This document shows, piece after piece, positions 19,992 through 29,236 of a DNA stretch of 64,000 nucleotides; within the stretch, counting starts at the first letter, position 1; each line of letters begins with the position of its first letter. The DNA is from Candidatus Daviesbacteria bacterium. Lineage in GTDB: Bacteria > Patescibacteriota > Microgenomatia > Daviesbacterales > UBA10151. Below the pieces are notes generated by a model that did no database searches, was not told the DNA's origin, and saw only the letters and a list, made by a program, of their open reading frames with translations. Location: contig JAQTZF010000001.1 in the NCBI GenBank assembly GCA_028687915.1, positions 930,634 through 994,633 of the forward strand, given 5' to 3'. Both the position numbers and the translations under genes were made by a program.

Positions 19992-20642
19992 TTAGTGCTT
20001 TAAAGTGAACATCATCTCCAGTGGAGGCTTGTTTTCTTTAGGAACCAGCAATACTTCACCAGCTCCATTCCATTGATAATCATCACCTCTTTTTTCCTTC
20101 CATGCCTGTTCTAACCTTTTTGGTGAATCCTCAATACCTCTCCAGCAATCAACAAGCCAACCAATATTTATACTTGAAGCCCTGGAAGGATTGGAGTACT
20201 GATCTATAATATCTAACCTGCCATCTTGAGTAGTACCAATATAGGTCATACCTGTCTGCTGATCTTTGAGCAAGGTCACTAATTCCAACTTTTCTAACCC
20301 ACCTTCAATTAAGCCGGAAATAACGCTTCGTTTTAAATATACTATCATCCATGGAAATGTGCTGTTTCTTTCCTTTGCCAGATCACTTTCGTTAATATTC
20401 TGAGAATAATAGTCATCGCGTAAGATTCGACCAAAAAAAGTTTTTGGGTAAGTGGCTACCTCACTATAACGACATGACCAGTTTATTGTGGCTATCCCAC
20501 CAATTTCTGGAAATGCTAAAGGTAGCTTTGGCCCTAAAATAAACTTACCCTTTTCTATTAAATCAAGATCATTATATGAATACATAGGATCATACGGATC
20601 AAAGTAGTTTCCTAATGTAATGTTTAACCTGTTCTCTTTCAT
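19992..20642 (-). CDS. Hypothetical protein (216 aa) convergent with the transposase
   Basis: Long ORF with no recognisable motifs. It has no RuvC or zinc-finger motifs, so it is not TnpB-like. Confidence 0.4.
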   Translation of the reverse strand: MKENRLNITLGNYFDPYDPMYSYNDLDLIEKGKFILGPKLPLAFPEIGGIATINWSCRYSEVATYPKTFFGRILRDDYYSQNINESDLAKERNSTFPWMIVYLKRSVISGLIEGGLEKLELVTLLKDQQTGMTYIGTTQDGRLDIIDQYSNPSRASSINIGWLVDCWRGIEDSPKRLEQAWKEKRGDDYQWNGAGEVLLVPKENKPPLEMMFTLKH

Positions 20643-20683
20643 TACTAGGAATTATAACAATAAACTCGGTTTTTACAATTATC

Positions 20684-21946
20684 CTAAGAGTTGAGGATTT
20701 TTTCAAAAGCAGCTTTGTTTTTTAGAGGAGCAATAATCTGTAAGTTAAAGTTTTCTTTTTTAAATAATTCTTTAGCAACTGCCTGTATATCTTCTTTAGT
20801 AATCTTATCTATTTTTTTCAAATACTCATCAAATGTTTCTAACTCTCTATCTAAAATAAAACTTACCCCAAAATGTTCTGCCAAAAAGTTGGTTGATTCA
20901 GACCTTAAAGCAATTCTTCCTCTTTCCATTTCCTTGGCTTTAGCTAATTCCTCATCTGTTACTTTCTCCATAACAGTTCTAAGTAATTCTGCTTTAATTA
21001 CCTCTAGTCCCTCTTCTATCTTTTCCAGCTTTAATCCACTGTAAACAGCAAAAAAACCAGTATCCAAATATGATTGATGTGCAGCAGAAATATGATAGGC
21101 TAAACCTCTTTTTTCTCTGATTTCACTAAATAACCTGGAAGACATTCCCTCCCCCAAAATCACTCCCAAAACTCTGGCTGCATAACGCTTGCTATCATCT
21201 CTGCTATAACCTTTTACTCCTAAAATTAAATTAGCCTGATCTGTTTTTTTATAAAAGATATTAATTTTAGGTTTTGTTTGTATACTTGGCTTAAATGGAA
21301 GATATGTTGAATTTTTATTTACAGGCATATCGGAAAAATATTTATTAGCAATTTCCTCAATATTTTTGGGCAATTTTCCTACAAACAAAACTGCCATATT
21401 GGAAGAGTTATATAAAGATTTTAAGTAATTCACAAAATCTTCCTTTTTTAATGCTTTAACAGTGGACTCATCTCCTCCAATGTCCCATCCGATAGGTTGG
21501 TCACCAAACTGTAAGGCTTCATATAAATCCCAAATATATCTGGTAGGATTATCTTTGTACATCCTGAGCTCTTCAACAATGACTCCTTTTTCTTTTTCAA
21601 TTTCATCTTCAGATAATAAAGGTTCAGAAACCATGGAAGATAACATGTCACTGGCCAACTCAATATGCTTCGTAGCAGATTTTATCCAATAAAAAGTATA
21701 TTCTTTATCAGTTCCTGCATTGTTAACTGCTCCAATACCATCAACCAAATTAGCAATTACTTTAGCTGAAGGATACTTTGCTGTTCCTTTAAAAGCCATG
21801 TGTTCAACAAAATGGGATAAGCCATTAATTTGTTTGCTTTCATATCTGGAACCAGCTCCAATAGCCACCATGCTTGTTACAGAATCTAAGTGAGGTAAAT
21901 CAATTGTGATTAGAGTCAAACCATTTTTTAAAGTCGTGAGTTTATA
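20684..21946 (-). CDS. Peptidase M16 (pitrilysin/insulinase-like zinc protease)
   Basis: Inverted zinc-binding motif HFVEHMAFKGT (HxxEH). Track start 21991; the internal ATG at 21946 (MYKLTTLKNG) avoids overlap with the divergent gene. Confidence 0.8.
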   Translation of the reverse strand, partial: YKLTTLKNGLTLITIDLPHLDSVTSMVAIGAGSRYESKQINGLSHFVEHMAFKGTAKYPSAKVIANLVDGIGAVNNAGTDKEYTFYWIKSATKHIELASDMLSSMVSEPLLSEDEIEKEKGVIVEELRMYKDNPTRYIWDLYEALQFGDQPIGWDIGGDESTVKALKKEDFVNYLKSLYNSSNMAVLFVGKLPKNIEEIANKYFSDMPVNKNSTYLPFKPSIQTKPKINIFYKKTDQANLILGVKGYSRDDSKRYAARVLGVILGEGMSSRLFSEIREKRGLAYHISAAHQSYLDTGFFAVYSGLKLEKIEEGLEVIKAELLRTVMEKVTDEELAKAKEMERGRIALRSESTNFLAEHFGVSFILDRELETFDEYLKKIDKITKEDIQAVAKELFKKENFNLQIIAPLKNKAAFEKILNS

Positions 21947-22041
21947 CATCTGAATCAATTTTACCAAATTTAGCTTCATTGAACAAGACATGCATTCAAA
22001 ATTTGATTATTTTTGACTTTCTGTTACAATCTTTCCCTGAT

Positions 22042-22632
22042 ATGATAGACAACAAAGAAAAATTACAGCTTCTCTTTCAAGAATTTCCAGCTCCAGCTGG
22101 GGAAATACCAGAATTCTTAGCTGAAGATCTGATAACTAATGGCATCAGTGATGCTCTCTGGAATAATTACGTGTATTATTTTTATGATAATCTCCTGGAC
22201 TTAAACCAACGCGCTCCCCTATGTTCTGAAGAGTTTCCTCGCTTTATCAGCAATCTTAATAGTTTACTTGTACCAGCTTGCACCACCCAATTTCACAAAG
22301 ATTATGCTCAAAGATTAGCTATTATATGCTATGGCTATGGTGTTAATCAGGCTAACCCAAATGATTTTGTAGCATCAGCAGATCTGTACCAATTACTGGG
22401 ATTAGATAAAACAAAAAGTAGTATTTATACTCCAAGAGGTGCTAGAAGAACTGAAACTAAAGCTTATGAAATCAGATTAATCGAGGAAAAACAAAGATTT
22501 TTTAATACTGGCCTTCAACAAGGTAAAATACTACCCCCTGAGAAAACATTGGAACAAGCAAGATTAAGGCTGCACCCCTGGGAAGAACAAATTCAACAAG
22601 TTCACCATGTTTCAGTAACCAAATATCAATAA
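22042..22632 (+). CDS. Hypothetical protein (about 196 aa from the ATG at 22042)
   Basis: ORF with no assignable domain. Its 3' end overlaps the rarA stop by 7 nt. Confidence 0.35.
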   Translation: MIDNKEKLQLLFQEFPAPAGEIPEFLAEDLITNGISDALWNNYVYYFYDNLLDLNQRAPLCSEEFPRFISNLNSLLVPACTTQFHKDYAQRLAIICYGYGVNQANPNDFVASADLYQLLGLDKTKSSIYTPRGARRTETKAYEIRLIEEKQRFFNTGLQQGKILPPEKTLEQARLRLHPWEEQIQQVHHVSVTKYQ

Positions 22633-23861
22633 TATTTTTTACCCTTAAGTTTTACCGGTAACAAATCTTCCTTAGAATATTTTTGATAACCATCTCCATA
22701 ACCTAAGTTTTTCATTAACTTTGTAGGAGCATTCCTTAAATTCATAGGTATAGGTAGAGCACCAAAATTTTTAACATCATCCAGTGCTTTAAAATATGCC
22801 TCATAAGCAGACCTGTCTTTTTTAGCTACACTCAAATATACAACCCCATGGGCTAAATTAATCTGACATTCTGGATACCCAATTGTTTCTACTGCCTTAA
22901 ATACTTCATTTGCTACCACTAAAGCAGTTGGTTGGGCCTGCCCAATATCTTCTGAAGCAAAAATTACCATACGTCTTGCAATGAATTTTGGATCTTCCCC
23001 TGCACTTATCATCCTGGCCAAATAATAAAGAGCTGCATCAACGTTGGAAGCTCTCATAGATTTTATAAAAGCAGAAATAGTATTGTGATGTTCTTCTCCA
23101 TGTTTATCATAAGATAGAACTCTTTCCTGCAAAGCCTCAACAATTAATTCCTTAGTAATTATTATTTTGTCATCCTGAGGCTTTGCCGAAGGATCTCGAG
23201 ATTCTTCACTGCGTTCAGAATGACAAACAGACAAAACTGCAATTTCCAAAACATTTAACACTATTCTGGCGTCCCCATTTGAGGCTTCTATTAATAAATC
23301 TAAAGCTTCTGGTAAAACCTTAACTTTAAAGTTTCCCAAACCTTTTTCTTTATCCTTAAGTGCACGGTTTACTATCTCTTCTATATCTTCCCTTTCTAAA
23401 GACTTTAAAGTTAAAACCCTGGTTCTGGATAATAAGGGATTAATAATTTCAAAACTTGGGTTTTCTGTGGTAGCCCCAATTAAAGTAATTAAACCATTTT
23501 CCACATAAGGTAAAAAGGCATCTTGTTGGGCTTTATTAAATCTGTGAATTTCATCAATAAAAACTACAGTCTTTTTGGGAAACATAGGATTATGTTCAGC
23601 TATAACTTTTTCAAAAAGTTTTTTAACTTCAGCTATTCCTGTAGAAACTGCAGAAAACTCTACAAAATCTGCCTCTATTTCAGAAGCAATCACTCTGGCT
23701 AGTGTTGTTTTACCAACTCCTGGAGGACCCCAAAAAACCATGGAAAATAATTGGTTATTTTTAATAGATTTATAAAGGAGATTATCTTCAGACAGAATAT
23801 GTTTTTGACCAATATATTCTGCTAAATATTTAGGACGCATTCTATCTGCAAGAGGAATCAT
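22626..23861 (-). CDS. rarA: Replication-associated recombination protein A (RarA/MgsA), AAA+ ATPase
   Basis: N-terminal MRPKYLAEYIGQKH, Walker A GPPGVGKTTLA, Walker B VVFIDEIHRFNK, and C-terminal MgsA_C region (AALYYLARMISAGEDPKFIARR). Contains a 19-aa in-frame insertion encoded by a palindromic element. Confidence 0.85.
   Translation of the reverse strand: MIPLADRMRPKYLAEYIGQKHILSEDNLLYKSIKNNQLFSMVFWGPPGVGKTTLARVIASEIEADFVEFSAVSTGIAEVKKLFEKVIAEHNPMFPKKTVVFIDEIHRFNKAQQDAFLPYVENGLITLIGATTENPSFEIINPLLSRTRVLTLKSLEREDIEEIVNRALKDKEKGLGNFKVKVLPEALDLLIEASNGDARIVLNVLEIAVLSVCHSERSEESRDPSAKPQDDKIIITKELIVEALQERVLSYDKHGEEHHNTISAFIKSMRASNVDAALYYLARMISAGEDPKFIARRMVIFASEDIGQAQPTALVVANEVFKAVETIGYPECQINLAHGVVYLSVAKKDRSAYEAYFKALDDVKNFGALPIPMNLRNAPTKLMKNLGYGDGYQKYSKEDLLPVKLKGKKYY
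23169..23224. repeat. 56-nt imperfect palindromic (MITE/REP-like) element inserted in-frame within rarA
   Basis: GTCATCCTGAGGCTTTGCCGAAGGATCTCGAGATTCTTCACTGCGTTCAGAATGAC. The two arms are near reverse complements around a central ATCTCGAGAT and translate to CHSERSEESRDPSAKPQDD. Confidence 0.7.
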
Positions 23862-23911
23862 AAACCTACTATACCCAAATCAAATCCGAAGGTCAAGAAT
23901 TAATTATAATT

Positions 23912-24637
23912 TTAGAATTTTAAAATATTAGATCCATTTAATCCTCGTGGTTTTAATACTTCATCTATTGATATCCAAGCATCACTTTCTGGAATTATTA
24001 AGTATGATGATTCATAAATTTGCTGCACTGCAGCTGCCCCATGATGTTTTACTTCCTCATCAATTTCATAGTTTTTAACCAATGGAGCTTTTAATGCTAT
24101 TTTACTTGTACTATCTTCATATTTTTCCCAATCATGATTATTCATTGGGTGCCCGGAAAGACATCTATTAAAATCAAAATAATCCCTTAAATGTTTTGTG
24201 GCAGCTACAGCCTTGCAAGTATCAACAAGATTACAAAAAGACAACTCTTTATTTCTATTTCTTTTGCTTAACTTGCTGGAAGGATAAGGCCATGATAAAA
24301 AACCTCTCGCCATTTTATCGATATCAGTCACCCCAAACCTATCAAGCTCAATACACCCGCTTAACAAATCATCAACCTTCAGACTACCATCTTCAAGTCT
24401 TTGGGGCTGGCATTGCAAAGGAAGGCAATATTCAGAAGCTAAGTTGGCTTCTATAATTCTGTTATGAAGACAAAAAGGCACCAAAAATAATTCTGTATTC
24501 AAGGTAATTGTTTTTAAAGCTTCCAAGCTTAAATCTTCAAAATGTGGCCACGAATAATTTGTTAATGCAGTCCAAACCTTTAAATCTTCTTTTGCTTCTA
24601 AAGGATATTTTAAAGTAAGTTTTTCTAAATCTACCAT
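23912..24637 (-). CDS. Hypothetical protein (241 aa)
   Basis: Long ORF between rarA and cysS with no recognisable motifs. Confidence 0.4.
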   Translation of the reverse strand: MVDLEKLTLKYPLEAKEDLKVWTALTNYSWPHFEDLSLEALKTITLNTELFLVPFCLHNRIIEANLASEYCLPLQCQPQRLEDGSLKVDDLLSGCIELDRFGVTDIDKMARGFLSWPYPSSKLSKRNRNKELSFCNLVDTCKAVAATKHLRDYFDFNRCLSGHPMNNHDWEKYEDSTSKIALKAPLVKNYEIDEEVKHHGAAAVQQIYESSYLIIPESDAWISIDEVLKPRGLNGSNILKF

Positions 24638-24676
24638 AGCCCGATTATATATATCTATAAGATAAAATCAAGAAGG

Positions 24677-26059
24677 TTAAACAGGTTTAAGTTTTGAACC
24701 AGTGGCAGTATCTTCTATTTCAAATCCTAATTTTTTAATTTCATGTCTTAACTCATCTGATTTTTTAAAGTCACCAGAAATTCTTGCATTCTCCCGATGG
24801 TTTAAAAGTTCTTGAACTTTTTCTGGAATTTCCAGTGGCTTACCAACATATTTTTCCAGACCCAATCCTAAAATTTTATCCATCTCTAAAATAGTTGCTG
24901 CTTTTTCTGAGGAAGGTATGTCAGATTTTATTAACTCCCACATGGCTGCTAGTGCCTGAGGGGTATTCATGTCATTATTGGCAGCCTCAAGAAATTTCTG
25001 CCAAAATTGGCTATTAACTAGTTTAGGGCTATCCCACGCTCTAATCTCAGAAATTATGTTGTTTAAAGCGTGGCTAGATGCAGTCAAAGATTCGTATGTA
25101 AAATTTAGGCTATCGCGATAATGAGCAGTCAAAATTAAATATCTAAAAGCTATTGGATCAAACCCTTTCTCTACTAGATCATCAATCGTATAAAAATTCT
25201 TTTTTGATTTTGACATTTTTTCCCCATCCACAATCAAGAAGTTATGATGAACCCAATATTTTGAAAACTGTTTTTCTGTTGCTGCTTCGCTTTGAGCAAT
25301 TTCATTGGTGTGATGGACAGGAATATGATCAATCCCACCTGTATGAATGTCCAAAGTCTCTCCTAGATATTCCATGGACATAGCAGAACATTCTATATGC
25401 CATCCGGGAAAGCCTTCTCCAAATGGAGACGGCCATTTCATTACATGACTGGCAAATCTGCCCACAGTAAAAAACCATAGTGCAAAATCCTGCGGATTTT
25501 TTTTGTTTGGATCTATCACCACATTCTCTCTTACCCCAACTTGTTTTTCTTCGAGTTTTTGACCGCTTAATTTTCCATAATCTGAAAACTTACTAATATC
25601 AAAATAGACTGCATGTTCAGTTGTGTAAGTAAAACCTTTCTCCTGTAATTTCTCAAGTAATTTAATCTGCTCGTTTATGTGTTCTGTAGCACGGGCAACA
25701 ATATTTGGCCTTTCTATATTTACAACCTCTGTTGATTTAAAAAAATAATCCTCAAAAAATCTGGCAGTTTGTTCTGGAGTTAGGTTTCTATCTTTTGCAC
25801 CTTTTTCCAGCTTATCATCACCCTCATCTGAATCAGATGTTAAGTGCCCCACATCTGTAATATTCATAACATGATTTACTTCAAATCCATTAACCTCTAA
25901 AAGACGATGTAAAATATCATCCCCAATATATTTTCTAAGATGTCCAATGTGTGTGTAATCATAAACAGTTGGACCACAGGTATACATCCCAACCTTAGGT
26001 GGATTAATTGGTTCAAAGTCTTCTATTTTTCTGGTTAATGTATTGTATAAATGTAGCAT
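24677..26059 (-). CDS. cysS: Cysteine--tRNA ligase
   Basis: HIGH motif ([10 protein letters not shown]), KMSKS motif (KMSKSKKN) and zinc-binding Cys pattern. 460 aa. Confidence 0.9.
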   Translation of the reverse strand: MLHLYNTLTRKIEDFEPINPPKVGMYTCGPTVYDYTHIGHLRKYIGDDILHRLLEVNGFEVNHVMNITDVGHLTSDSDEGDDKLEKGAKDRNLTPEQTARFFEDYFFKSTEVVNIERPNIVARATEHINEQIKLLEKLQEKGFTYTTEHAVYFDISKFSDYGKLSGQKLEEKQVGVRENVVIDPNKKNPQDFALWFFTVGRFASHVMKWPSPFGEGFPGWHIECSAMSMEYLGETLDIHTGGIDHIPVHHTNEIAQSEAATEKQFSKYWVHHNFLIVDGEKMSKSKKNFYTIDDLVEKGFDPIAFRYLILTAHYRDSLNFTYESLTASSHALNNIISEIRAWDSPKLVNSQFWQKFLEAANNDMNTPQALAAMWELIKSDIPSSEKAATILEMDKILGLGLEKYVGKPLEIPEKVQELLNHRENARISGDFKKSDELRHEIKKLGFEIEDTATGSKLKPV

Positions 26060-26096
26060 ATTCTTAAAATCCTAAATCTGTATTCCTAAATCTTTC

Positions 26097-26540
26097 TTAA
26101 CCTCCTACCCCACTCTTTGATTCTGTTTTTCTTTCAGCTCTTTCAAGAGCAGTTATATCAGCTGATTTTTGATTTTTTTCCTGTAAATCCTGCATCTCTT
26201 CCTGTTTTTCTACCTGTTCTTCCTGCTCTTTTGTTTCCTCTTCCTGTTTTTTTTGTAACCTAACTTGTGCTATTTCTTCTTCAATTTTTTCATATCTGGC
26301 AATTGTCTGTTGGGCTTCCTGTAATTTAGCAGCATCTTCTTGCTGTCTTTTTACTTGATCTGCTTGTTGTTGTCTTAATACCTGAGGATCTTGTGGTGGG
26401 GGCTTGGGAGTTGATGCAACAGCAGTAACCCCTTCTTCTATTGCCTGCCCAACCTGATCTTTAACTGGTTCCACCAAAGCCTCACCAACATCTTGGGCAA
26501 ACTGTCCTATTCCTGCTTTAATTCCTTGTCCATCACTCAT
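26097..26540 (-). CDS. Gln/Glu-rich coiled-coil protein (low complexity)
   Basis: 147 aa, strongly biased Q/E/K composition after a short Gly/Ala-rich N-terminus. Confidence 0.35.
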   Translation of the reverse strand: MSDGQGIKAGIGQFAQDVGEALVEPVKDQVGQAIEEGVTAVASTPKPPPQDPQVLRQQQADQVKRQQEDAAKLQEAQQTIARYEKIEEEIAQVRLQKKQEEETKEQEEQVEKQEEMQDLQEKNQKSADITALERAERKTESKSGVGG

Positions 26541-26644
26541 GTGAATAGTATACCAAATTAACCTAATTGCTAATTGACCTAATTTCTAAATAAATCCCAA
26601 TTATGTTGTTTAGATTAATTACAAATTAGAAATTAGAAATTTAT

Positions 26645-27241
26645 TTAATACTTTCTTCTACCTTCCAAAGCCCTGGTTAGCGTAGTTTCATCAGCATATT
26701 CTATATCTGAACCAACCGGTAAACCTCTGGCAATTCGGGTAACAGAAACCCCTAAAGGAGAAATAAGTCTTTCAATATACATAGCAGTTGCTTCCCCTTC
26801 CATGGTTGGATTAGTTGCTAAAATTATTTCTTTAACTGTGCCATCTTTTAAACGGGGTAAAAGCTCACGGATATGTAATTCATCTGGTCCAATATTTTCC
26901 AGAGGTGAAATCCTGCCATGCAAGACATGGTATAAGCTTTTAAAATTAGCCCTCTCAAGAGCTAAAACATCCAGGGGATCTTCTACCACTGCAATAATGG
27001 AACTATCCCTGGAGGTATCTGAACAAATTTCACAAGGAGATTGTTCTGAAATATTAAAACAAGTCTCACAAATAACTGTTTTTTCTTTAAGATCTATTGC
27101 TGCTTTTGCCAAAGCTTCTGCTTCTTCTTTAGGAGCATGGAGAAGATGATAAACAAGTCTTTGAGCAGTTTTAGGACCCACACCAGGAAGCCTTTCAAAA
27201 GCTTCAATTAAATTTTGCACAACTTTAGGAACTGTAGCCAT
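26645..27241 (-). CDS. recR: Recombination protein RecR
   Basis: HhH motif LPGVGPKTAQRL, C4 zinc finger CETCFNISEQSPCEIC, and Toprim domain. The start at MATVPK (27241) matches RecR N-termini better than the track start at 27259. Confidence 0.85.
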   Translation of the reverse strand: MATVPKVVQNLIEAFERLPGVGPKTAQRLVYHLLHAPKEEAEALAKAAIDLKEKTVICETCFNISEQSPCEICSDTSRDSSIIAVVEDPLDVLALERANFKSLYHVLHGRISPLENIGPDELHIRELLPRLKDGTVKEIILATNPTMEGEATAMYIERLISPLGVSVTRIARGLPVGSDIEYADETTLTRALEGRRKY

Positions 27242-27262
27242 ATGTGCGTATTTTAACATTTG

Positions 27263-27298
27263 TTGACAATAATTAGATAGGGATATATTGTATATATA
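27263..27298 (+). promoter_or_regulatory. Putative sigma70-like promoter (TTGACA at 27263-27268; TATTGT at 27286-27291 or TATATAAT at 27291-27298) abutting the ATG at 27299
   Basis: Read directly from the recR / surface-protein divergent region. The -10 lies too close to the ATG for an SD, which suggests a leaderless transcript. Confidence 0.35.
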
Positions 27299-27961
27299 AT
27301 GCCCAATAAATTTGAAAAAGGATTTATTCCACCAGTCATAATTATTTTACTCACAATAATTGGTATTTCTGGTATATTAATCATTAAAAACCTTCCCGCT
27401 AATCAATCAGGATCTTTATCAGACAGCACATTTACTGCAAACTACAGTCAGACCACATCTACTCCTACCTCAACTCCTTCTTTAGCAAAAACTAAATCTC
27501 CAACCCCTACCCCAACCACAAAAGCTACTTCAACCCCAACTCCAACAAGCTCTAATAATACAAACAACCCAACTTCCACTCCAACACCAACTCAAACTGC
27601 TACCTCTACTCCTACACCCACAATAAATACTCCCTCTGTTCGAATAACCTCACCTAATGGAGGCGAAACTATTAAAGTCGGAGATACTGTTCATATTACA
27701 TGGGAAGCAACCGGAACTTTTAGTGAATTCATTCTTCAAAGTGTAAGTATTTATAATAATACAGAGAGTGGATTTAATATCGGCTCAATTACCAATCCGA
27801 ATGCCAAATCTATGGATTGGGTTGTTAATATAGGAAATGCTACTACCCCAAGACAGGCCAAATTTTCTATTACTGCCAATAAATGGCCGCGTTATATTGG
27901 AGATACTGAAGCAACTCAAAAAACAGATTCTTCGGATAATTACTTTACTATTACTAGGTAA
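27299..27961 (+). CDS. Membrane-anchored surface protein: prepilin-like N-terminus (KGFIPP), T/P-rich linker, Kre9/KNH-like C-terminal domain
   Basis: N-terminal MPNKFEKGFIPPVIIILLTIIGISGILII, a long TPTPT-rich linker, and a C-terminal domain containing ITSPNGGETIKVGDTVHITWEATG. Confidence 0.5.
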   Translation: MPNKFEKGFIPPVIIILLTIIGISGILIIKNLPANQSGSLSDSTFTANYSQTTSTPTSTPSLAKTKSPTPTPTTKATSTPTPTSSNNTNNPTSTPTPTQTATSTPTPTINTPSVRITSPNGGETIKVGDTVHITWEATGTFSEFILQSVSIYNNTESGFNIGSITNPNAKSMDWVVNIGNATTPRQAKFSITANKWPRYIGDTEATQKTDSSDNYFTITR

Positions 27962-27963
27962 AC

Positions 27964-28242
27964 TTACATTCCTGGAATACCGAGGCCACCCATCATGGGT
28001 TTCATTTCATCAGCAGCTACTTTTTGAGATTGTTTTAGAGCCTCATTAACTGCTTCTGTAATTTTTTCAAAATTTGAATCTCCTGCAATAGAAACTACTT
28101 TTTGATCAGCTGTCATAACTACAATCACACCTTTGTGTTCCACAGTGATTTTAATTTGAGCAAGCTTTTTTTGTATTTCCATGGCCTGATCTCTCATCTT
28201 TTTAAGATCACCAAGTTGTTTGAAGTTATCCATTAATCCCAT
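27964..28242 (-). CDS. ybaB: Nucleoid-associated protein YbaB/EbfC
   Basis: 92 aa; the DUF149 pattern (KQAQ(M/L)Q..., ...GGLGIPGM C-terminus). Confidence 0.8.
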   Translation of the reverse strand: MGLMDNFKQLGDLKKMRDQAMEIQKKLAQIKITVEHKGVIVVMTADQKVVSIAGDSNFEKITEAVNEALKQSQKVAADEMKPMMGGLGIPGM

Positions 28243-28296
28243 ATGTTGATATTATATTTGGAAGTTAACAGTAAGGCAAGAGTTAGGATGCTAAAG

Positions 28297-29181
28297 TTAC
28301 CTTTGACAAGCTCCTACATTCTCATTAGGTATCAAAGGCAAGTCAACATTAACTGAAGATTGATTACTATTTAAAGCAAGAGTTGGTTCTGTAAAATAAG
28401 GATTTGATTTATATCCAGGTGGAACTGGTGAAAAACCAGGAGAAAGTGACACGTAACTGTTAGATTGCACATTTTGAGAAAAACTATAATTACCGTTACT
28501 ATCAGTATTAACAGTGGTTGAAGCAGATGTTTGAGTGTTATCAATGGTTACAGTTGCATTAGCAACTCCTTTTTCACTTGGTTCAGGAACACCATTACAA
28601 TTTATATCTTCATAGACTTTTCCGGTTAACCTAACAGTAGTCCCGGAAGGCACTGTTAAACTTTTACTACAAATATCTGTGTAAGTCCCGTCAGAACCTT
28701 GTACTTGCAATTTAGCAGTATACGTTCCGGCTTGAGGGTAGGTATGTTCCATCTGCCCATTTGATTGTTTAAGATCAGTATCCCAACTTCCATTTCCTTC
28801 AAAATCCCATTTAGCTCCTGTTAAATAAGCATTGTTATGTGAAGTGAAACTAGCTACTAAGGTTACTAATAATGGATCGCTACTAATTCCACCCATTTTT
28901 CCATAAACTACTTCAACACCACAGGTATTTTTCTGGACAGAAAAAGTTGGAGCTTTAGTTGAAGTGGGAGTTGGTGTTGAAGTTTGAGATTTAGATTTTG
29001 TAGGAGATATTGTTGATGTAGGAGAATTTTTTGTTTGAGCACTGCTGCTTGCCTGAAATGGAGTATTAGTAGTGGTTTGTGGTTGATTAAAAGGAATATT
29101 TTTTATAACTAAAAAAGAGGAGATACCAATTACTGCCAACAAAATTATAACAATTGGAGGAATAAAACCTTTTTGGTACAT
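28297..29181 (-). CDS. Membrane-anchored surface protein: KGFIPP N-terminus, S/T-rich linker, PKD domain plus SdrD-B/CnaB-like domain
   Basis: N-terminal MYQKGFIPPIVIILLAVIGISSFLVIKNIP is paralogous to the 27299 gene. PKD signature WDFEGNGSWD...HTYPQAGTYTAKLQV. B-type domain GKVYEDINCNGVPEPSEKGVANATVTI...TDSNGNYSF. Confidence 0.55.
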   Translation of the reverse strand: MYQKGFIPPIVIILLAVIGISSFLVIKNIPFNQPQTTTNTPFQASSSAQTKNSPTSTISPTKSKSQTSTPTPTSTKAPTFSVQKNTCGVEVVYGKMGGISSDPLLVTLVASFTSHNNAYLTGAKWDFEGNGSWDTDLKQSNGQMEHTYPQAGTYTAKLQVQGSDGTYTDICSKSLTVPSGTTVRLTGKVYEDINCNGVPEPSEKGVANATVTIDNTQTSASTTVNTDSNGNYSFSQNVQSNSYVSLSPGFSPVPPGYKSNPYFTEPTLALNSNQSSVNVDLPLIPNENVGACQR

Positions 29182-29236
29182 ACTATTAGTTTAACAATAC
29201 CAGTCGTTAAGTCAATATATGTTAGGAGGAGTATTT

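Noticed and set aside
19203-20642. Possibility of an IS200/IS605 TnpB (RNA-guided nuclease) partner next to the HUH transposase
   Set aside because: The adjacent 216-aa ORF is convergent, too short, and has no RuvC-like D/E/D or CxxC zinc-finger motifs.
26541-26644. AT-rich 104-nt gap with aattagaaattagaaatt repeats downstream of recR
   Set aside because: No stable stem-loop or conserved motif discernible. Likely just an AT-rich spacer or terminator region.
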